NCBI GenBank assembly: GCA_026391515.1
Contig: JAPLEC010000447.1
Location: forward strand, 1 to 48,120
From: Bacteroidia bacterium
GTDB lineage: Bacteria; Bacteroidota; Bacteroidia; Bacteroidales; VadinHA17
Direction: 5' to 3'
Length of the DNA: 48,120 bases
Below the pieces are notes generated by a model. The model was not told where the DNA came from. It did no database searches and worked only from the letters and a program-made list of their open reading frames with translations. The translations under genes and the position numbers were made by a program. Each line of letters begins with the position of its first letter. Positions within the stretch are counted from its first letter, which is position 1. This document shows positions 41,707 to 48,120 of this stretch, piece by piece.

Positions 41707-41811
41707 CTTTTATTTATTTAAGAGTGAAAAATAGTTGTTTTGATAAGTGTTCATCAGCGGAATGATTAACGGAGTTGTATTTATGACAAAAGGAGAAAAA
41801 ACAATGAGCAA

Positions 41812-42981
41812 TCACGATTTTAATCTGTCAATTCCCTGTATCCATCTTTCAGGAACTTCATTCCGGTTAGCCCTTAAATAATCTTCATGTGAACAGGCAA
41901 TATAGAAATTCTTGTCAGCTTCGGTGGTCAGTTCCATCCACCATCGGTCTGTAAGATTGCTCTTTACAAAAATGAGATCATCCTCAAGATCTGTTACCCT
42001 GACATGATACCTGACAAATCGCCCTGATTTACTGTTACTTAGTATAGGTGCTTCGTACTGTTTCTGTGAGAACCCTTCAAGGAAGAACCATAATATCTGG
42101 GCAGCCAGACCGGTGGTCTGACACCTGATATCCATATCGGGATTTACATCAAACAGACCAAATATTTTCAGATTATCAGAAATCCCGGCATATCTTGCCA
42201 AAAGACATATTTCTTCACCGTAAAAACCATTGGGAGAAGGACTTATGGTTCCCGGTGCATCCGATTGTCTGACTGCAGAAATATCGAAAACAGCCAGATC
42301 AGAATCTCTGAAAAGGGGTTCAGTGAGGTAGATCGCTTTTCTGACATCACCAATTCTGACAAGTTCGGATTTTCGTTTTAAAAAACGATTAACCACTTGC
42401 TGATCATTAAGATATGTCTGGTAACCGATATTAATATAATGATGTAAAGTGCTTTTATGATTGTGCATTATGTTACTTAGATAATTAAATGAGTCAGACT
42501 CTTTCTTTTCAATGCTGAAATCTATTCTTGAATCAACAGCAGTAAGAGTATATTTCATTTTAAGATTTGATAAAGCTTTATCAATTGAAACCACAAGTGC
42601 GCTGCTTCCTCCGATTATAATAGGAAAAATATTTTCACCAATAAGATAGACCAGGATATCAGTTAATCCGGCAATGGTGTCGTTAAATGCAACCCCCTGT
42701 TTCATATTGCCCAGATCGATGATTTTTGATTTACCGGGGATCCTGGCAAGCTTGTAAAGTTCCTTTCTGATAAAGTCAGGTCCTTTCATTGTACCTGTTC
42801 CGGGAGAATTTCGTCCTTCAGGAACACCAAACAGAGCAATTTTATAATTGCTTAAATCCTTAAGTGGCTTACTGTCAGTATGTATAGTGATAGAATGAGG
42901 GAAACCTGCCTGACATGTAAGATGCTCAAATTCAGGTCTTTCAATGCTTACGGGATTAAAATAATCATTCAGATCCATCAT
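41812..42981 (-). CDS. arginase/formimidoylglutamase-fold protein with degenerate metal-binding motifs
   Basis: 389-aa ORF with ureohydrolase-family layout, but GGDHS reads GGSSA, DAHxD reads DSRID, and DxDxxDP reads DISAVRQSDAP. Confidence 0.65.
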   Translation of the reverse strand: MMDLNDYFNPVSIERPEFEHLTCQAGFPHSITIHTDSKPLKDLSNYKIALFGVPEGRNSPGTGTMKGPDFIRKELYKLARIPGKSKIIDLGNMKQGVAFNDTIAGLTDILVYLIGENIFPIIIGGSSALVVSIDKALSNLKMKYTLTAVDSRIDFSIEKKESDSFNYLSNIMHNHKSTLHHYINIGYQTYLNDQQVVNRFLKRKSELVRIGDVRKAIYLTEPLFRDSDLAVFDISAVRQSDAPGTISPSPNGFYGEEICLLARYAGISDNLKIFGLFDVNPDMDIRCQTTGLAAQILWFFLEGFSQKQYEAPILSNSKSGRFVRYHVRVTDLEDDLIFVKSNLTDRWWMELTTEADKNFYIACSHEDYLRANRNEVPERWIQGIDRLKS

Positions 42982-42998
42982 AGTTGATATAAGGTGGT

Positions 42999-45293
42999 CT
43001 ATTTAGGTTTATTGTTCTTTTCAATGATCTTAATGCAGTCTTCCTTAGTCAGCTTTTCAGATTCGGTACCTTTTGGAAGCCTGTAATTTAACTTGTCTCT
43101 GGTAATATATGGACCATACCTTCCATTTAAAACTTTAATATCACCAAAATCTTTAATGACCTTTTTCTTCTCGCTCTCATTCTTCTCGTTTATTATCTCA
43201 ATAGCTCTTTCAACAGTCAGAGAATAAGGATCATCCGTTCCTTTTTTCAAGGAATAGAATTTATTCTTATATCTGATGTAAGGTCCGAATTTTCCTATAC
43301 CTACTACCATCTCGTCATCTTCATGCATTCCAAGCGACCTGGGCAGCCTGAAAAGATTCAAAGCCTCTTCAAGGGTAATTGTTTCAATCAGCTGATTCTT
43401 TGAAAGACTTGCGAATCTCGGTTTGCTTCCGTTATCTGAATTTCCAATTTGTGCAACAGGTCCGAATCTGCCCATTCTGACAGTGATTGGTTCTCCGGTC
43501 TCAGGATGATTTCCAAGAGTTCTGACTCCTGTTTTCCTGTCTTTATTCTCGAGAGTCTTTTCTATGGTTTTGTGGAAAGGGACATAAAATTCATGAAGCA
43601 TCCCTGTCCATTTTAATCTGCCCATTGCAATCTCGTCAAACTGCTCTTCAACTTCAGCAGTAAAGTGATAATCAACAATTTCCGAGAAATTTTCAATCAG
43701 GAAATCATTGACTATCATACCAATATCCTGTGGAAAGAGCTTTGATTTTTCTTTACCGGACACTTCTGTTTTGGATATCGCTGTGATTTTACCTTTTTCA
43801 AGAGTCAGAACTTTAATATGCCTTTTTTCTCCCGGCCGATCCTCCCGTGAGACATATCCTCTGTTTTGAATGGTAGAGATAGTCGGTGCATACGTGGAAG
43901 GTCGTCCGATTCCCAATTCTTCAAGCTTTTTGACAAGACTTGCCTCAGTATATCGCGGAGGAGGTGCGGTGAATTTCGGGGCAGCAGTTATATTATTATA
44001 ATATAATGGCATTCCTTTTTTCACCGGATGGATGACATATTTTTCTTCATCATTATTTTCCTGGTCTGAAGATTCTGTATATAATTTCAGAAATCCGTCA
44101 AATTTGATAACCTCACCGGTTGCATTGAAAACAACGGGTGAATTATTCATTTCAATTGAAATAGTTGTTTTTTCTACTTGAGCATCAGCCATTTGGGATG
44201 CGATCGTTCTTTTCCAGATAAGCTCATACAGTTTCTTTTCGTTCAGATTACCTGTAATGGTTAAATTATCAGGATATGCCGGACGAATTGCTTCATGTGC
44301 TTCCTGAGCACCTTTTGTTTTAGTTTTAAACTGACGTGTTTTCGAATATTTTTCACCATACCCTGAAATAATTACTTCACGCGATTTGACAAGAGCAAGC
44401 TTTGAAAGAATTGTCGAGTCCGTTCTCATATAAGTAATTTTCCCGGCTTCATAAAGCTTTTGAGCTACAGCCATGGTCTGGGCAACGGAAAATCCAAGTT
44501 TGCGGTATGCTTCCTGCTGCAGAGTAGATGTAGTAAAAGGAGGAGCTGGTGATCTGGTTCCCGGTTTTACAGTTATATCTGAAACATTATATTTTGAAAT
44601 ATTGCACAGCTCCAGAAATTTCTGAGCTTCTTTTTCGTCAGGAAATCGTTTGGAAGCTTCTGCTCTTAGAAACGCACTTTCAAGGTTCGCTTCATCAACC
44701 CTGAAAATGGCATTGATACGGAATGATGATTCCGGTTTGAATGAAAAGATCTCCCTTTCTCTTTCAACAAGAAGCCTTACTGCAACTGACTGAACTCTTC
44801 CTGCCGAAAGTGAAGGCTGGACTTTTTTCCACAATACCGGTGAAATTTCAAAACCGACAAGCCTGTCCAGAATGCGACGAGCCTGCTGTGAGTTGACAAG
44901 ATTCATGTCAATGCTTCGCGGATTTTCGATAGCATTGGAAATCGCATCCTTAGTTATCTCATGAAAAACAATCCTGCGCGTTGTTGCAAGATCAAGCTTC
45001 AGAACACCGGCAAGATGCCATGCAATTGCTTCTCCTTCACGGTCTTCATCAGAAGCGATCCATATATTTTTGGCTTCAGAAGCAGCTTTACGTAACTCTG
45101 AAACAACCCTGGTTTTTTCTTTGGGTATTTCATAATCGGGAGCGAAATCATTTTCAATATCGATACCCAGGTTCTTTTTTGAGAGATCTCTGATATGTCC
45201 GAAACTTGATATCACTCGGAAATCTTTTCCCAGGAACTTCTCTATGGTTTTTGCCTTTGCAGGTGACTCAACAATTACAAGATTTTCGATCAT
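42999..45293 (-). CDS. topA: DNA topoisomerase I
   Basis: 764-aa ORF. Toprim N-terminus LVIVESPAKAKTIEKFLG, DEDREGE, active-site tyrosine context ITYMRTDS. Cys-less C-terminal repeats (GRFGPVAQ, GKFGPYIRY, GRYGPYI). Confidence 0.96.
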   Translation of the reverse strand: MIENLVIVESPAKAKTIEKFLGKDFRVISSFGHIRDLSKKNLGIDIENDFAPDYEIPKEKTRVVSELRKAASEAKNIWIASDEDREGEAIAWHLAGVLKLDLATTRRIVFHEITKDAISNAIENPRSIDMNLVNSQQARRILDRLVGFEISPVLWKKVQPSLSAGRVQSVAVRLLVEREREIFSFKPESSFRINAIFRVDEANLESAFLRAEASKRFPDEKEAQKFLELCNISKYNVSDITVKPGTRSPAPPFTTSTLQQEAYRKLGFSVAQTMAVAQKLYEAGKITYMRTDSTILSKLALVKSREVIISGYGEKYSKTRQFKTKTKGAQEAHEAIRPAYPDNLTITGNLNEKKLYELIWKRTIASQMADAQVEKTTISIEMNNSPVVFNATGEVIKFDGFLKLYTESSDQENNDEEKYVIHPVKKGMPLYYNNITAAPKFTAPPPRYTEASLVKKLEELGIGRPSTYAPTISTIQNRGYVSREDRPGEKRHIKVLTLEKGKITAISKTEVSGKEKSKLFPQDIGMIVNDFLIENFSEIVDYHFTAEVEEQFDEIAMGRLKWTGMLHEFYVPFHKTIEKTLENKDRKTGVRTLGNHPETGEPITVRMGRFGPVAQIGNSDNGSKPRFASLSKNQLIETITLEEALNLFRLPRSLGMHEDDEMVVGIGKFGPYIRYKNKFYSLKKGTDDPYSLTVERAIEIINEKNESEKKKVIKDFGDIKVLNGRYGPYITRDKLNYRLPKGTESEKLTKEDCIKIIEKNNKPK

Positions 45294-45384
45294 TAAGGCG
45301 AGATTTTTTCAGTTAAAAACACCGCAAAGTAAATCAATTAGCTGGCAAACTTCAAAATAAACCGGCAAGATTCTTTTATTTTAC

Positions 45385-45392
45385 TATTTTTG
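45385..45392 (+). promoter_or_regulatory. Candidate -7 box (TAttTTTG) upstream of the PBP gene
   Basis: tatttttg matches TAnnTTTG and ends 20 nt before the ATG at 45412. No clean -33 element. Confidence 0.3.
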
Positions 45393-45411
45393 AGACATAA
45401 TTTCCGGACCG

Positions 45412-47760
45412 ATGAAAGGCAATAAAAAAAACAGAAAATATCTGATCTGGTTCTGGACAATATTTATATTTCCATTCGCATTAGCTGTAACAATTTTCAT
45501 ACTTATTTCAAAGGATAAACTTGGGCCTATGCCCTCATTCAGCGAACTGGAAAATCCTGAATATTATTTAGCTGCTGAAGTCTATTCGGAAGATGAAGTC
45601 CTTCTTGGAAAAATAAGCATTGAGAACCGAACATGGACGGAATACAAAGATCTATCGCCTTATCTGGTTGATGCTTTGATAGCTACTGAAGACATAAGGT
45701 ACTACAGACACTCAGGTGTTGATATCCGCGGACTTGCAAGAGCAGTGGTCAGAACGATTCTTCTTGGTCAGAATACAGGTGGGGGAAGCACAATTACTCA
45801 GCAGCTTGCCAAGCAGCTTTACCCGAGAGACACTATAAAAACATCTGCTATTGTCAGAAAAATTAAACTGGGCGTTTCAAAATTCAAGGAGTGGCAAACA
45901 GCTGTTAAGCTGGAGAAAAGTTATACCAAGGAAGAAATAATTACAATGTATCTCAATAAATATGATTTTAATTATCATGCTATTGGGATAAAATCAGCTG
46001 CAAGGGTTTATTTTAACACAACACCTGATTCACTTAATATTCAGGAAGCTGCAGTTCTGATTGGAATGCTTAAGGCTTCGACCAGGTATAATCCTTTAAG
46101 AAATTATGACAGGGTATTGCAGCGCAGGAATATTGTACTTTCTCAGATGGCCAAATATGGTTATCTGAAACCTGCGGTTGCAGACTCAGTTAAAAAGCTG
46201 CCAATTGAACTTGACTTCCAGATTGAGGATCATAACACAGGGCGTGCAACATATCTGAGGGAGTATCTCAGGAATATAATGAATAAGCCTGAACCTGACA
46301 GAAAAAAATATGTTCAGGAATCGTCTTATGAGGATGCCCTTTGGGAATGGCAAAATAATCAGCTTTATGGATGGTGCAACAAAAATAAGAAGCCAGACGG
46401 GTCAAATTACGATATATATAAAGATGGGCTTAAGATTTATACCACAGTCAATTCAAAAATGCAGCAATATGCAGAGGAGGCTCTGGCAGAGCATCTTTCA
46501 AAAGAAGTGCAGCCCGACTTCTATGTCAGGGCGAAAGGCTTCAAAAATCCTCCATACTCCGACGATCTGACAAAGAAAGTAATTGATGAGCTTATAATGA
46601 GATCACTTAAACAGAGCGACAGATATTATATAATGCGTGCAAGAGGTTGTTCTGAAGATTCTATAATGCTTGCATTTAATACTCCCGTGAGGATGAAGGT
46701 TTTTTCATGGAAAGGAGAACGTGATACAATAATGACACCTCTTGATTCAATATGGTATTATAAATATATTATAAGATCGGGATTTATGGTTGAGGATCCT
46801 CATTTTGGTTATGTCAAAGCTTATGTCGGAGGTCCCGATTTCAGATATTTTAAATATGATGTTTGTACACAGCAGAAAAGACAGGTCGGCAGTACCATAA
46901 AGCCATTCCTTTATACTATAGCCATGCAGAATGGCTATTCGCCATGCTATGAAGTAGAAAATATACCGCGATCATTTGATATAGGCGACTCTGTTCCTTG
47001 GACGCCAAGAAGCTCAGGCAACAAGAAATATCACGGTAAAATGGTAACTCTTAAATGGGGTCTTGCACAATCAGAAAACTACATCTCCGCCTGGCTGATG
47101 GAACAATTTAAACCCATAGCAGTAGTCGACCTGATGCATAAGATGGGAGTCAGAAGCTTTATAGATCCGGTATATTCCATTTTTCTTGGAACTTCTGATG
47201 TAAAGCTTGAGGAAATGGTCGGAGCGTATGGAACTTTTGCAAACAAGGGAGTTTATACACGACCCATGTATGTAACCAGAATTGAAGACAAGAATGGCAA
47301 TATAATCTCAAAATTCACTCCCAAAATAGAAGAGGTATTAAGCGAGCAGACCGCATTCTTAATGATTAACCTTCTGCAGGGTGTTGTATTGACAGGCTCG
47401 GGAATCAGAATGCGCAGAGAACCATACTTGCTTATGAACCAGATAGGTGGTAAAACAGGAACGACACAGGAGCAGTCGGATGGCTGGTTTATGGGTGTAA
47501 CTCCCAATCTTGTAGGAGGTGTATGGAGCGGCTGGGAAGACCGGGCCATTCATTTTGAAACCCTGGGAGAAGGACAAGGTGCAAATATGGCTTTGCCGAT
47601 TTTTGCCATTTTCCTTAGAAAGGTATATAATGATCCGCAGTTTGGAATAATGGAAGCAGATGAATTCGAACGTCCCAACAATTTCAACATGGAGCTCGAT
47701 TGCAATAAGGTTAAAAGGGAAAGTTCGAGAAGGGATAATTCGTTGAGGGATCGGTATTAA
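45412..47760 (+). CDS. mrcA: class A penicillin-binding protein (glycosyltransferase GT51 + transpeptidase)
   Basis: 782-aa ORF with an N-terminal TM anchor. GT51 motifs EDIRYYRHSGVD, GGSTITQQLAK, RKIKLGVSKFKEWQTAVKLE. Transpeptidase motifs STIKPF (SxxK), SEN, KTGTT. Confidence 0.93.
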   Translation: MKGNKKNRKYLIWFWTIFIFPFALAVTIFILISKDKLGPMPSFSELENPEYYLAAEVYSEDEVLLGKISIENRTWTEYKDLSPYLVDALIATEDIRYYRHSGVDIRGLARAVVRTILLGQNTGGGSTITQQLAKQLYPRDTIKTSAIVRKIKLGVSKFKEWQTAVKLEKSYTKEEIITMYLNKYDFNYHAIGIKSAARVYFNTTPDSLNIQEAAVLIGMLKASTRYNPLRNYDRVLQRRNIVLSQMAKYGYLKPAVADSVKKLPIELDFQIEDHNTGRATYLREYLRNIMNKPEPDRKKYVQESSYEDALWEWQNNQLYGWCNKNKKPDGSNYDIYKDGLKIYTTVNSKMQQYAEEALAEHLSKEVQPDFYVRAKGFKNPPYSDDLTKKVIDELIMRSLKQSDRYYIMRARGCSEDSIMLAFNTPVRMKVFSWKGERDTIMTPLDSIWYYKYIIRSGFMVEDPHFGYVKAYVGGPDFRYFKYDVCTQQKRQVGSTIKPFLYTIAMQNGYSPCYEVENIPRSFDIGDSVPWTPRSSGNKKYHGKMVTLKWGLAQSENYISAWLMEQFKPIAVVDLMHKMGVRSFIDPVYSIFLGTSDVKLEEMVGAYGTFANKGVYTRPMYVTRIEDKNGNIISKFTPKIEEVLSEQTAFLMINLLQGVVLTGSGIRMRREPYLLMNQIGGKTGTTQEQSDGWFMGVTPNLVGGVWSGWEDRAIHFETLGEGQGANMALPIFAIFLRKVYNDPQFGIMEADEFERPNNFNMELDCNKVKRESSRRDNSLRDRY

Positions 47761-47797
47761 ACGGTGTAAAGGCGTAACGGTGCAAAGGTGTAACGGC
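47761..47797. repeat. 16-nt tandem repeat (2.3 copies) starting immediately after the PBP stop codon
   Basis: acggtgtaaaggcgta / acggtgcaaaggtgta / acggc, seen directly. Confidence 0.75.
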
Positions 47798-47816
47798 ATT
47801 TCTGATTCCCCCTTCG

Positions 47817-47875
47817 CTGGCGCCGATTTGCAATCGGTGCCAAGTAGAAAGGCACGGATTACAAATCCGCGCCAG
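47817..47875. terminator. Twin inverted GC hairpins between convergent mrcA and radA (probable bidirectional terminator / REP-like element)
   Basis: Hairpin 1 (47819-47841) is ggcgccgatt tgc aatcggtgcc. Hairpin 2 (47851-47873) is ggcacggatt aca aatccgcgcc. The two units are inverted copies of each other, and the whole element is bounded by ctggcgc ... gcgccag. Confidence 0.65.
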
Positions 47876-47882
47876 CATTAGT

Positions 47883-48120
47883 TCAGGTAAACAGCGACCT
47901 TACAAGATGCTCAATTTTTCCGACAGGAACAATTTCAATTTCCAGCCCTTTAAGTGATAGATTTTTATGATATTTTGACAGATATATCTTCTTAAATCCC
48001 ATTTTTGAAGCTTCCCTGATTCTTTGCTCAATTCTGGATACCGGCCGGATTTCACCTGACAATCCAGTTTCACCTGCGAAACAAACTTCTCTGGGAATCG
48101 GGATATCAAGATTTGAGGAA
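47883..48120 (-). CDS. radA: DNA repair protein RadA/Sms, C-terminal fragment (5' end outside window)
   Basis: My own translation of the minus strand from 48119 gives SSNLDIPIPREVCFAGETGLSGEIRPVSRIEQRIREASKMGFKKIYLSKYHKNLSLKGLEIEIVPVGKIEHLVRSLFT, with the stop at 47883-47885. The GE(T/V)GL(S/T)GEIRPV ... RI EA KxGF pattern is the Lon-like C-terminal domain of RadA. It is absent from the ORF track because it has no start codon in the window. Confidence 0.85.
   Translation of the reverse strand, partial: SSNLDIPIPREVCFAGETGLSGEIRPVSRIEQRIREASKMGFKKIYLSKYHKNLSLKGLEIEIVPVGKIEHLVRSLFT

Overview
This window is an AT-rich chromosomal segment from a Bacteroidota-type genome. The taxonomic call rests on the gldK-L-M-N/porP type IX secretion core, TAnnTTTG-type promoter boxes, a long-form IspG, and Bacteroidota-style MetK. 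It is densely packed with conserved housekeeping genes. In order: ispG and cysS (-); a SAM-I riboswitch-led methionine cluster metY-metX-hom-metH-metF (+) converging on metK (-); a gldA-like ABC ATPase and a tandem universal stress protein (-); and asnS, rpoN and a PAP2-like membrane protein (+). Next comes a long minus-strand string: rbfA, methyltransferase, LolC/E-like permease, lipoprotein, amidohydrolase, radical SAM, glycosyltransferase. Then follow trpS (+); an uncharacterised three-gene envelope operon (Tat-signal isomerase-like protein, membrane-anchored propeller-like protein, outer-membrane barrel); and mlaFE-like genes (-). The window ends with a mannose-1-phosphate guanylyltransferase (+); gldN-gldM-gldL-gldK-porP (-); a degenerate arginase-fold protein; topA (-); a class A PBP (+); and the 3' end of radA (-). 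I found no transposase, integrase, CRISPR array, tRNA/rRNA gene or recognisable defence or toxin module, so this looks like core genome, not an accessory island. The most unusual content is non-coding. Almost every intergenic gap longer than about 60 nt holds a compositionally distinct palindromic element built from a short repeated word, in several sequence families: CACAAAGG, CACAGAGG, AAGTACTT, poly-C/poly-G hairpins, and GGCGCCGATT-type twin hairpins. One GC-rich palindrome of this style appears to sit in frame inside metH. Secondary leads are the Tat/propeller/barrel operon, the arginase-fold protein lacking its metal ligands next to the T9SS genes, and a translationally coupled radical SAM-glycosyltransferase pair. 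All functional calls come from motif recognition by eye; no searches were run.
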